Assembly (NCBI RefSeq): GCF_030028105.1 | Contig: NC_092377.1 | Coordinates: 48,300,952 to 48,364,951, forward strand | Direction of reading: 5' to 3' | DNA: 64,000 bases | From: Mobula birostris | Taxonomy: Eukaryota | Shown: piece by piece, positions 1-12,290 of the stretch | Layout of the letters: each line of letters starts with the position of its first letter | Position numbering within the stretch: position 1 is the stretch's first letter | The notes under the pieces: generated by a model | Databases searched by the model: none | What the model saw: only the letters and a program-made list of their open reading frames with translations | What the model was told of the DNA's origin: nothing | Program-made: the position numbers and the translations under genes

Positions 1-2195
1 TTGGGAAAATGAGGTTTGTGCTGGATCCCAAAAGAGAGAATTTGTAGAATGTCTACAAGATGGCTTTTTAGAGCAGCTTGTGGATGAGCTCTCTAGGGAA
101 AACCATGAGAGAGGAGCTGTCCAAAGTTGATTGGAAGGGCACACCAGCAGGGCTGATGGCAGTACAGCAATTTCTGGGAGCAATTCTAAAGCTATGGGAT
201 AGATACATCCCAAAGAAATAGCTGTCTGAAGGGAAGATATGGATGACAAGGGAAGTCTAAGACAGCCTAAAAGCAAAAGGGAGGGCATATAATACAGTAA
301 AAATCAGCAGGAAGTTAGAGAATTGGGAAACTTAAAAACCAACAGAAGACATCTAAAAAATCCACAAGGAGAGAAAAGATATCATAAGCTAGGGGCTAGC
401 CAGTAATATAAACAAGAATACAAAAAGTATCTTCAGGTATATACAGGGCAAAAGAGAGGAGAAAGTGGATTTCAGACAATTAGTAATTGACACTGGAGAG
501 GTAGTATTGGGAGAGAAAGAAATGGTAGAAAAACTGAATTAGTATTTTGTATCAGTCTTCACTATGTAAGACACTGGTAGTATGCCACAAATTCAAGAGT
601 GTCAAGTGGCAGAAGTAGTGTAGTTGTTATTACTAAGAAAAAGATGCCTGGGAAGCTGAAAGCTCTGAAGGTAGATAAGCCACCTAGACAAGATGGACTA
701 CACCGCAGGGCTCTTAAAGAGACAGCAGAAGAGATTTTTGAGGCATTGGTAATGATCTTTCAAGAAATAGGAGCAGGAGTAAGCCATCTGGCCCATCAAG
801 AATCAATAGATTCTGGAATGTTTCTGGAGAACTGGAAAATTGCAAATGTCACTTCCCTAAGGGAGGGAAAGAGGTAGAAAAGGAAATTATAGGCCAGTTA
901 ATCTTACCTCAGTGGTTGGGAAGATGTTGGAGTCCATTACTAAGGATGAAGTTTTGGAGTACTTGGAGGCAAATGATTTAGTAGTCCAAAGTCAGCATGG
1001 TTTCCTCAAGGGGAAATCTGTTGGAATTCTTTGAGGCAGGATAGGCAAAGGAGAGCCAGCGGATGTTGCTTACTTGGATTTTTAGAAGGCCTTTTGCCAA
1101 GGTACCACACATGAGACTGCTTAACAAGAGCCCACGGCATTACCGGAAAAAGACTAGCATGCATAGAAGATAGGCTGACTGGCAGTGGAAATAAAGGGGG
1201 CCTTTCCCGGTTGGCTGTCTGTGACTATTGGTGTTCCGTTGGTGTCAGTATTGGGATCGCTTCTTTTCACATTATATTGTATATTTGTGATTTGGATAAC
1301 AGAATTGATGGCTTTGTGGCCAGGTCTGCGGACAATACAAAGATAGCTGGAGGGGCAGGTAATATTGAGGAAGCAGGGAGTCTGCAGAAGGACAGTTTGG
1401 GAGAATGGGCAAAGAACTGGCCTGAGAAATATAGCACATTTAAAAGTATGGTCATGCACTCTGGTAGGAGTAAAGGTGTAGATTATTTTCTAAAGGGGAA
1501 GAAAACTCAGACGTACAAAAGGACTCCTTGTTTAGGATTCCCTGCAGGTTGATTCAGAGGTAAAGTACAATATTAGCATTCTTTTCAAGAGAACTACAAG
1601 AGCAAGAATATAATGATAAGGCTTGGTACGGCATTGGTCAGAGTACATTTGGAGCATTGTGAGCAGTTTTGGTCCACTTATCTAAGAAAAGATGTGCTGA
1701 CATTGGAGGTGGTCCAGAGGAGGTTCTTGAGAACGATTCTGGGAATGAAAGGGTCCTGTAATAAGGAGCACTTAATGGCTCTGGGCTTATACTCGCTGAG
1801 TTTAGCAGAATGGGAGGGGGTAAGAATCTCATTGAAACCTACCAAATATTGAAAGGGGTTTAAATAATGGATGTGAAGAGGAGGAGTCTTATAGTGGGCG
1901 AGTCTTGGACCAGAGGGCACAGCCTCAGAATAGAAGGACGTCCATTTAGAACAGAGATGAGGATGAATTTCTTTAGCCAGACAGAGGGTGGTGAATTTGT
2001 GGAACTGCCATAGACAGTTGTGGTAGCCAAGTCATTGGGTATATTTAAAATGTTGGTAGATAGGCTCTTGATTAGTCATGGTGTCAAAAGTTACAGGGAG
2101 AAGGGAGAAGAATGGGGCTGTTAATAAATTAGCCATGATTGAATGGTGGAGCAGTCTCGATGGGCCGAATGGCCTAATTCTGCTCCTATATCTTA
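1..2195 (+). mobile_element. Decayed CR1-clade LINE (RT region plus 3' end), 5' part outside window; lies in the PROX1 intron after exon 4
   Basis: Frameshifted RT-like peptides (GKLKALKVDKP..., ENWKIANVT..., DLDNRIDGFVARSADNTKI, LVRVHLEHCEQFWSTYLRKD). It ends in the typical CR1 3' tip gatgggccgaatggcctaattctgctcctatatcttat. Confidence 0.9.
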
Positions 2196-4103
2196 TACTT
2201 TTATGTGCAATGTGATACTCCATGACATGCAAAGTATATCTGGATACCATTTTGAGTATGTCCATGAGGATTAGAAGGTACTTGTGCAGAGGCAGAGTTT
2301 TGAATGTCTGTGAAGATTGGGTTTGGGGAGGGGGGTTAAAGTAGACATTCACAACCATGCCCTGGGCTGCAACAGGAAATCAATTGCAGTATATCTTTAA
2401 ATATTTCATTAGCTTTTCTGTAGATTCCATATATTTCAAAGCTATAGTGATGTCTAAACACTTCCCAAGTCTGCACTCACAAATGCTTCTTCTGTTCTAA
2501 TGTGCAATCTCTAACACTGCAGACTCTCTCAAATTCAAAAACACAATTTGCAGCCTTTTCCAATCACTTCCTACAGATAATTGATTGCACCTCCCCCCCC
2601 CACTGCTTTCAAGATTTCCATCAGTTGACCCCTCAATTTAATGGCATAATTCACAACTACCCCAATAATCCACTAATGGAAAGTCATTACTTAACAGCTA
2701 TTCAGAAGTATGGACTGAGGAAGATCTACTTCTGTTTAAGCTGCACTGTGACCTTAGCAGCCGCTAGTACAGCAGTGAATCGTAGAAGTGGATGAGTAGA
2801 ATAACTCCCCAATTTAGCCTTGTTACCTGGTCTCCTGCTCTTCTCAATATCATTCCTCCCACTGTCCTCCGGGATGATTAGGTGAGGGTAATATTACCAC
2901 CAGTTAAAAGTAAGTGGAGCAAAAGCCAACGATAAAAATCAGAAGCCAACATTCCCACATTGATGGAGAAACCTAGAACTGATTAACTCTCCATCTTATC
3001 TGTAAGGTTAAAATTAGTTTTTGTGCTGCCTTTGCCTCAATTTCATATGCTCATCCAAAATAAATGGAAAGACAGAAAATTCAACAGAAAACGGTGGTGT
3101 TTGGGTAGGTGTTGTTACTCCAATTGGATGCATCATTCTCAATTCCATTTTAGTTGAATGCATTGTCAATCTATTTTAACATTTTCCTAATGCAACTTTT
3201 AATTTACTGGTGCAAATCATCAATTTCTTCTTCACACCCTATTTGCCCATCACTATACTAAATTATTGCTGTCATAAGTACTTACTTCCTAGATTTCTCC
3301 CCAACTGGGCTAATCCTTCAGCATTAATATTTTTCTTTCAAAGATAAACATTGAATTCCCCCTCCTGACATGCTTTCTTTAAAACCGGCTGAATGAGATT
3401 CATTCCTATCTTTTCACACTTTGTACTTCATTCAAATGTGGAAAATAAGGAAAATTAGATATGAAAGTAATGCCAATATATACCCCTTTTACAAATATGT
3501 TCAATAATTTAGTAAATGTGCTATGAGCAAGAAAATATAATCTACTATAAAATATTTCTGCATATGATGTATTTTTAAAAGTTAGTTTTAACTCCTTTCA
3601 CACTATAGGCATGCTTAAATACTTTAGTTTTGGGTGACCTCTAAAAAGATTGCATCACACCAAGAGTTTGGTGACACAGTGGAATTTAAATTTCACTGAC
3701 ATCAAAGACGAACTGCTGAGAACACCCAAGGTCAAAGCGCAACATTAGCAGACAACAAAGACCGATCCACAAACTTTCACCACTAGGACCTCAAGCTACA
3801 AATTTAATTTTATTTGCTTGGGATCACAACATAGTTTTAGCAGGCAAATTGTCAGTCTATGTTGCTTCATTTTCCAATAGCACTTACAACAGCATTACTG
3901 TAACTAATCTTTCATCAAATTTGCAGTAGCTCATAATCTGGAAGCATTAAAACAAAACCAAGCCAAAGATTGCATTGTTTACCAAGTTTTAAAAAAATAA
4001 TTTTTTTCAAGGAAGTATAATGATCTCGTGTTGCTTCACAAACAACATTAACATCTGTCTTCACACTCATTGTGAAATGCTCACATAGAAACAAATTCCG
4101 TAC

Positions 4104-4298
4104 CTCAAAATCATTTGCTTTGTTGTAGTGCATGTTCAAGGCTCTGAATAGTTCAGAATCACGGGAGACAGTCAGCTCTTCAGTACTTGTTACTCCATCG
4201 TTAATAGACTGACGAGCAAACTTTTCCATCTGGATATAGTAAAATTCTCGGAAATTGCTGAACCACTTGATAAGCTGTGAGGTGATGCACCTATTAAA
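4104..4298 (-). CDS. PROX1: PROX1 coding exon (exon 4; 195 nt, phase 0/0): C-terminal part of the homeodomain and start of the Prospero domain
   Basis: Translates FNRCITSQLIKWFSNFREFYYIQMEKFARQSINDGVTSTEELTVSRDSELFRALNMHYNKANDFE. Acceptor ttcctattggcag| (AG at 4300-4299) and donor GAG|gtacgg (GT at 4103-4102). Confidence 0.97.
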
Positions 4299-7200
4299 CT
4301 GCCAATAGGAAAGTATAACAGGATGAGCAGATTCGGTTTCAATTGCCATTATTCTTTAAGTTAATAACATCTTAAGTGTAATAAATTGATACTATATTCC
4401 ATAATAAATCCAGATAACTAGTTCAAGTAATTGGACATGGAATGGTATGTATTATGCACAGTAGGGGCATTGTATAATAGGAACAGTATTCTTCTCATAG
4501 CTATTGAAAAATATTTGCATTAAAGTTATGTGACAAAGCACATAATGGTTATTAGATCACTATAAACAACATTTTAAATACTTCAGACAATCTTTTCAGT
4601 TAATATAGTCCCCTGGTTCACTAAGGTCATATTTTGTCCATAAACTCAATTCATTTTGGAAAACATGTCACTGCAAAACTTAATCTTTTTCTTCTATATT
4701 CATACTTGCAAGATGTAACCATTATTTCACCTAATTCCAACAGAACTAAACCCAAACAAAAAGTAATATTAAATAATTGGCTTCAGATAGATACACCAGA
4801 TTTTCAGCTTTCTACAGACTGACGCCTTTTTAAATACTGCAGCTTTTTACATTCCTCTGAAGAGATAGTTTGTCAGTCAATAAAATTTCACTTTTGTATT
4901 TAATTTTCCTTTCTTCCACCCAATTATCTGTTTGTGGAAAAGCACAGCACAGCATCTTGAGAAAATAATGTGCTTTCTTCCTGGGAATACACATGGGATG
5001 CTGGGACTCCATGGGACTCCACCAGACCAGATAGGAAATGGTCTGGAAGTAAATTGCCTTTTCAACACTTGGGAGGTGCATGAAAAAGCATGACACCAGA
5101 GGCAAGAACAAAAACGTATAGAGACAGCATGGCTTAATAATAACATCAACTATCATGATCACAAAATAATTGCATATAAATGTATAAACTAGGAAACCTT
5201 ATTTTAACTTAGTGAATAATATTGGTAAATTAACACTTTGGACATCCCATTTTAATATAGTTTGAGCTTCAGTATTCCCATTGAATGTGATTATTTAACT
5301 ATAACACCCCAAAACTAAAGAGAATATACTAACATTGTATGTACTTCGAGGAATTCTTTTGGAATCTGGATCAGGCTCTAGTATGCATAATTGAGTTTGA
5401 AATGAAGTGTCAGAGACTCTAGCAACAAATTTTATTTAAAATAATTTCTACATATTACACTCTACTTTTGGAAGCAAAGAATAATGCACAACTGCTACTT
5501 ATTTACATATTTACTGCTACTCCGAAGGCAGATTTCTCCCTTATGAACTCAAAAATTTCACTGGTGTTCTAATTTCAGTGTGGAAAAGAAGCTTGGAGTA
5601 AATATTGGGTCCTGTCTGGGGCAAAACCTGTGATCGTTCCAAAGGTCCTCTGTCTCTTAAGGAGCAATGAAACTAAACACTGAAAGCCTCCACTTCAACC
5701 TCACTTAAATGAAGTATACTGGCTTTCCAAAAAACATGAGTAGATCCCAAGGGGAATTAGGTCACAAGATTGGGCTGGTCCCCAACATTGGAATATTAAA
5801 AAGGGGCACAGACATAACTGATCTAGAGTATAATACTACTCCTGCCACCCAAAACAACTGAAAACCAATCAAAAAGGACCCGTAATGGTAAAGACTCCAT
5901 CTTGCCTATTGCCACTATTCTTGCTGCCCTGCACTAACGGACATAATCATATAGGCTTTTCTAGTTTACTTATTTCATGAATAAAATCAAAAGTTTACAT
6001 ATTTCAACCATTAATTTCTAACTGGATATCAAGTAAAACAGCTATTGTATGCAAGCTGACCAAGAACTTCTGCCTCTTTTCTTTTTGTCCCCATAAAACA
6101 TGGTGAGTATTTCAGGAGCTAGTGAAAAATTTACAGATCGATGCTCCAGGAATATAATGCACATTAGCCACATCTGGCAACTGAAGTGGCCAAAGTGAAT
6201 GGTTTTCAAACTAATCATTCTAACCTCTCTCTCTCCATAAAAGTGTTAAGGTTATGGACAATGTTCCAGATATTTATTGTCAAATTAATAGAAGTTTAAT
6301 TGTTCAGAGCAGCTAGCTTCAGACTTTATTGCTTGATGACTCTCTGTACTTTTATGGGGATCTATTACAAGAAATGAAGTCCCCTACTCAAACAGGGTCT
6401 TGTGCATATTCATGGTTTGTTAAATCCCTGCTAGTCAAGTTAAAATCTGAAACTTTAATCTGCCTGTATATCAGGAAGACTTTTCTCAATATAGGCATCT
6501 ATCATTTTTCCCCTTTATGGCACAAAGTGTGCATTAATCAAAAATCACAGTGAGTACTTATCAAGCATTTGCTCTGGCCATGAAGAGGGCTGCCTGCTTC
6601 TATCAAGCTGACAGTTAATGGGTGTGTAATTACAATGCAGAAAGTTGTTTCTATTCCAGTGAATTTAAGATAATGAAGTGAATGAAAATTCATGGCAGTG
6701 AAGGCTAAGTAACACAGAAACAGAAGTGGAAGCTGTTGCAGTTCCTAAAGGCCAGCTTGCATCATAATTGCCTTCCAGTTGCAAGGGTCCTCACAGATAA
6801 TTGACCAGAAAATGATTAAGTCATCATCAAATCACTCTGACTGCTAGAGTTCAAACATGTACTTAACCTATCCAAGAATTATATTTTCACTCTGTGTGTC
6901 TGCTCGGTCTCTATTCAGCCTTGCGGGGACCTGATTAAAAAGACAACTGAAGGACCCCATTATCTGATTTGCTGTTGATTTCAATAGAACTTAAACCCAT
7001 TACTATTTGCTGAACTCTGAGTTCTTTCCGTGTTATCTCTGCAGCAAAATACACTGTCCAAATTTCCAGACACTGTGATAAGAACTACAGGCCCCATGAC
7101 GACTACTGTTCCTTTTTAATTCTTTTAGTATAAGAAACAAAACATAACAAAACGATAGCAGCCTGCGCACCCGGGAATGAAAATTGCTTTGACATGGAGA

Positions 7201-8224
7201 TTAAGCTTCAGTATTGTTACAAGATATTGTCTCCTACATGCAAGAGTAGAGAAAAAAGAAAGGGTATTTTTTCTAGAATGGCCTGTAGATGACCTAATGG
7301 GACTACAAAATAAAAGTAAGTCCACATGACAGTGTTTGGCAGAAGGGAGTAAAGGGAGATTTAAAACCTATTGTTACAGAATTGAAATACCAGAGATGCA
7401 CTGGCCTAAACAACAGAGCCACTCAAACATGAGGGCTCAGCATTTAAGACTTGTGTCACTTTTTGCTTATCAAACATTAGCAGTTCCTGAATTAGTTTTT
7501 TTCTAAACAAACATAGTAATCTTGATCTTTAGGTTCTCACTGGTGCATCACAAATAAGTGACCAGCACAAGAGAAGATCTCTTCTTTCTGCAACTTAATT
7601 GTTCCTGTGACGGATTAATGCTTCCCATGGGACATGTCCAATCCCAGTGTTTGCTGAAGAAACTTCCTAAATATTCAATGAGCACAGTCAAAGGACCCAT
7701 AAAACAAATCAATTTGACACCTTAATCTAGTTAGGCAGCGATCGACTTGTCAATGGTGATGATGGTGGGGAGGGGCAGCAGTTGAGATTGGAGCTGTTAG
7801 CAGGGAGGTGGACAGAAGAGAAAATTAGATACTTTTTATAGGTGAACTCTATTCTCACTGATCATGTGTGATCATGAGTATTCTGGTTATTCCACAAGCA
7901 CAGTATTAATCATATGACCAGAAGCTATAGTAACAAATGGCCTTTTTATAATTTTCCTAATATTAAATGTTGTGTCCATTCCCTTGCAAATTATATTTTC
8001 AAATTTAAAAGCATTTTTGCAAAGCATCCAACATATGTAGCAATTATATGTAATATTAAACATTCTAAACACCATTATGCCATTTCCATTTGTGAGATAC
8101 TGATATGCAATGCAAAGGTGATCTTGTGCTGAGCAATTGAGAAAAACTGGCATACACTCACTGGAGATTAACCTTCCAAAATACACACATTCTGAAAAAG
8201 AACATAGTGCAGATGCTAAGAATT

Positions 8225-8490
8225 CAATTCCCTAGACAGAAGAATCCAAAACTAAGAAGAATAACTCAGAATAAGGGATTAATTAGTATTGAAGAATGGA
8301 CTTTCTTTTTTTATATACAGGGGCTGAAAATGGCTGAATTTATAGAAATTATTCAATATACTTAATGACTCAAGACACTAAAAGAACAGAGGGTAAAGGA
8401 ACTCAGGGAGGGAAATTAAATGAGGTACAGAATCAAGCAGATTACTGAACTATGACTAAGGTCAGAAGATTGCTAGCTCAATCTTGCTAC
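8225..8490 (+). mobile_element. Highly decayed CR1 3' fragment
   Basis: agaatccaaaactaagaagaataactcagaataagg resembles the CR1 'TRGHSLRI' region seen at 1900-1940, followed by a degenerate tail. Confidence 0.45.
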
Positions 8491-8559
8491 GCTACATGGA
8501 GTTAAAAGACTGCAGATGTTGGAGTCTGGAGCAAAAATGCAAACTGCTGGAAGAACTTA

Positions 8560-8830
8560 GATGTCGGAAGTGTTAGCATGATGCTATTGTAGCACAGGGC
8601 ATCAGAATTCAATCCCAGCTTCCTCTGTACATCCTCTCTGTGGAATGCATGGGTTTTCCCCAGGTGGTCAGGTTTTCTCCCACAGTCCAAAGATGTACTG
8701 GATAGGTTAAATGGTCAAAGTATATTGTACAGTGATTAGATTACCGTTAAATCAGGGTTGTTGGGGTAGCTGGGAAAGCGCTGCTTGTAGGGCTGGAGGG
8801 GCCTACTCCATGCTGTAAATAAATAAAAAG
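8560..8830 (+). mobile_element. tRNA-derived V-SINE/HE1-like SINE
   Basis: Core gcatgggttttccccaggtggtcaggttttctcccacagtccaaagatgtac matches the V-domain SINE motif as I recall it. It ends in a taaataaataaaaa tail and is flanked by Penelope-type terminal fragments (8503-8555, 8840-8940). Confidence 0.7.
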
Positions 8831-8943
8831 GGGTGGCTGACACTTTGGATCTAAACCCTGCATCAGGACACAACCAACCATCCTGATGCTGATATTGACC
8901 TGAAACGCCCATTCTTTTTTCTCCTCCACAGACAAAACTTGAT

Positions 8944-11900
8944 CATAACACATAGGAGCAGAATTAGGCCATTCAGCCCATCATGTCTGCTCTGCTGATT
9001 TATGCATTATCGCTGATTTATTATCAGCTCCATTCTCCCCTTAACCTTTGACACCCTTGACTAATCAAGAATCTATTAACCTCCACCTTAAGTACATCCA
9101 TTGATCTTGCCTGCACAGCTGCCCGTGGCAACAAATTCCACATATTCACCACCCTCTGGCTAAAGAATTCCCTTGTTATCTCTATTCCAAATGAACATCC
9201 CTCTATTCTGAGGCTGTGCCTTCTGATACAAGACTTCCCCATTATGGGAAACATCCTCTCCACATCCGCTCTATTTTAGCCTTTCAATATTCAATAAACT
9301 TCAACAAGATTCCCCCTCATTCTTCAAAACTCCAGAGTCATCAAGCACTCCACATACGATAACCCTTTCATTTCCGGAATCATTCCTGTGAAACTCTTAA
9401 CTCTCTCCAATGTGAACACATCCTTAAAAAAAAGGGGCCAAAAATTGCTAACAATTGCCTTATAAAGCCTCCACATTACAATCCTGCTTTTATATTCTAG
9501 TACTCTCTAAATGAATGCTAATATTGCAATTATCTTCCTCACCACCGACTCAATCTACGCTAACCATTAGAGAATCCTACACGATGACTCCCATCCGTTT
9601 GCACATCAGATTTTTAAATCTTTTCCCTGCTTAGAAAGTAGTCTTTTTTATTCCTCCTACCAAAGTGCATGACTATACACTTACTGACAGTGTATTCTAC
9701 CTGCCACTAGTTTGCCCATTCTCCTAATCTGTCCAAGACCTTCTGCAACCTCCCTGCCTCCTCTACAGTACCTGCCCCTTCACATATCTTCGTACCTTCC
9801 ACAAACTTGTGCTACAAAGCCATCAAAATCATCATTCAAATTATCGACATACAGTATAATGTGAAAAGAAACAATCCGAACACTAACGCCTGCAGAACTC
9901 AACTAGTCTCCAGTAGCCAACAAGAAAAGTCTCCCTTTATTCCCACTCTTTGCCTTCTGCCAATCAGCCTATCCTTTATCCCATGCTAGTATCGTTCCTG
10001 TAATACCATGGACTCTTATCTTGTTAAGCAGCCACATGTACAGCACCTTGTCACAGGCCTTCTGAAAATCCAAGTAAACAACATCCACTAATTCTCCTTT
10101 GTTTATCCTGCTTGTTATTTCTTCAAAGGATTCCAACAGATTTGACAGGGAAGATTTCCCCTTAAAGAAACCATGCTGACTGTGGCCCATTTTATCATGT
10201 GCCTCCAAGTACCTCAAAACATCATCCTTAACAATTGACTCCAACATCTTCCCATCCACTGAAGTCGTACTAACTGGCCTATAACTTCCTTTATTCTACC
10301 TCCCTCCTTTCTTGAAGAGTGGCGTGATATTTGCAATTTTCCAGTCCTCTGGAACCATGCCAGAATCTAGTGATTCCGGAAAGATAATTAGTAATGCCAC
10401 CACAATTGCTTCAGCTCTCTCTTTCAGAACTCTGGGGTGTATATCAGGTGACCCACCAACCTTCAGACCTTTCAGTTTCCCAAGCGTCTTCTCCCTAGTA
10501 ATAGCAACTAATGCTCTTGAACTTCCGGCATACTGGTAGTGTCTTCCACAGTGAAGAATGATCAAAATACTAATTTAAAAACATAGAAACATAGAAAACC
10601 TACAGCACAATACAGGCCATTCGGCCCACAATGCTGTTCCGAACATGTACTTACTTTAGAAATCATCTAGGGTTACCCATAGCCCTCTATTTTTCTAAGC
10701 TCCACGTACCTATCCAAGAATCCCTTAAGAGACCCTATTGAATCCACCTCCACTACCGCCGCCAGCAGCCCATTCCATGCACTCACCGCGTAAAAAACTT
10801 AACCCTGACATCTCCTCTGTACCTACTTCCAAGCACCTTCCACATCCTTCCTGTAGTGAGGTGACCAGAATTAAGCACAGTACTCCAAGTGGGGTCTGAC
10901 CTATATAGCTGTAACATTACCTCTCAGCTCTTGAACTCAATCCCATGGTTGATGAAGGCCAATGGTTGCCTTCTTAACCGCAGTCAACCTGCGTAGCAGC
11001 TTTGAATGTCCTATGGACTTGGACCCCAAGGTCCCTCTGATCCTCCACGCTGCCAAGAGTCTTATCATTAGTACTATATTAGAACATAGAACATAGAATA
11101 GTACAGCACCGTACAGGCCCTTAGGCCCACAATGTGTGCCAACCCTTAAACCATCATAGTTCGTCCGCCATTTCCTTGTCCCTCATTACTACCTCACCAA
11201 TGCCATTTTCCAGCAGTCTGATATCCACTTTCACCTCTCTTTTACTCTTTATATGTCTGAAAAATCTTTTGGGATCCTCTTTGATATTATTGGCTAGCTT
11301 ACATTCATATTTAATCTTTTCTCTCCTAATGGTTTCTTAGATGCATTCTGTTGGTTGGTAAAAGCTTCACAATCCTCAAATTTCCCACTAATTTTTGCTA
11401 TATTATATTCTATCTCTGTCGCTTTTATGTTGTCTTAGACTGCCCTTGTCAGCCATATTTGTGCCAATCTCCCTTTAGATTAACGCTTATTTTTCAGGAG
11501 GTCACTATCCTGTGTTTTTCAAATTGCTCCTAAAAACTCCAGCCTTTGCTGTTTCTGCCATCATCCTTGCTACAGTCCCCTTCTAATCAACGTCGATCAG
11601 CTCCTCTCTCATGACTCCATAATTCCCATTACTCCACTGTAATAATGATACATCTGACTTTAGCTTCTCCCTCCCAGGTGAATTCTATCCTTTCCGCTAG
11701 TCGGCTCAACCACAATCTGCTCTGAAAAGCCACCTCATTCTACAAATTCTCTCTTGGGATCCAGCACCAACCTAATTTTCCCAATCTAACTTCATAGTGA
11801 AATTCCCCATGACTATCTGTCTCCCATTGTAATCTATAGCCCACATCCCGGCTACTGTTTGGAGGCCAGTATATAACTCCCATCGAGGTTTTTTACCCTT

Positions 11901-12290
11901 GTAATTTCTTAACTCTATTGACAAAGATTCTACATCTCCCCATCCTATGTCACCTATGTCTGTCCTTTTGATATAATGTATATCCTTGGATGTTAAGCCC
12001 TCAACTATAAGCTTCTTTCAGCCATGACTCAGTCATGATGCCCACAATGTCAGGGCAGCCAATCTCTAACTGCCGTATAAGGTCATCTACTTTATTCCGT
12101 ACACTGCGTGCATTCAAATATAACACCTTCAGTCCTGTTTATGTCACCCATGTTACACTGCAACTCATTTCACTGACTGCAATTTTGCCCTACCATCTGC
12201 CTGCCCTTCCTGACAGTCTCACTGAACAGTCTGTATACCAACTGCCCTGTCCTCAGCCCTATCACTCCAGTTCCCAACTCCCTCACCCTC
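8944..12290 (-). mobile_element. Decayed CR1 LINE (endonuclease/RT fragments to 3' end), same family as 1-2195, opposite orientation
   Basis: Minus-strand ORF fragments GKMLESIVKD...QHGFFKGKS...DVVYLDFQKACDKV and GKLKGLKV...PEDWKIANITPLFKKGGR. The 3' tip cataggagcagaattaggccattcagccc is at ~8950. Confidence 0.9.
10577..11153 (-). mobile_element. Two short CR1 3'-end fragments nested inside the 8944-12290 element
   Basis: Two separate tails, (aaacatag)2 at 10579 and (agaacat)2 at 11081, each followed by tacagcac...caggcc...ggcccacaatg. The host LINE resumes at ~11156. Confidence 0.75.

Noticed and set aside
1-4103. Final PROX1 coding exon (VPERFLEV...)
   Set aside because: No matching peptide was seen on the minus strand. 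It presumably lies beyond position 1.
3915-4349. 144-aa ORF as a standalone gene
   Set aside because: Only 4104-4298 is PROX1-like and bounded by AG/GT. The flanks are intron read-through.
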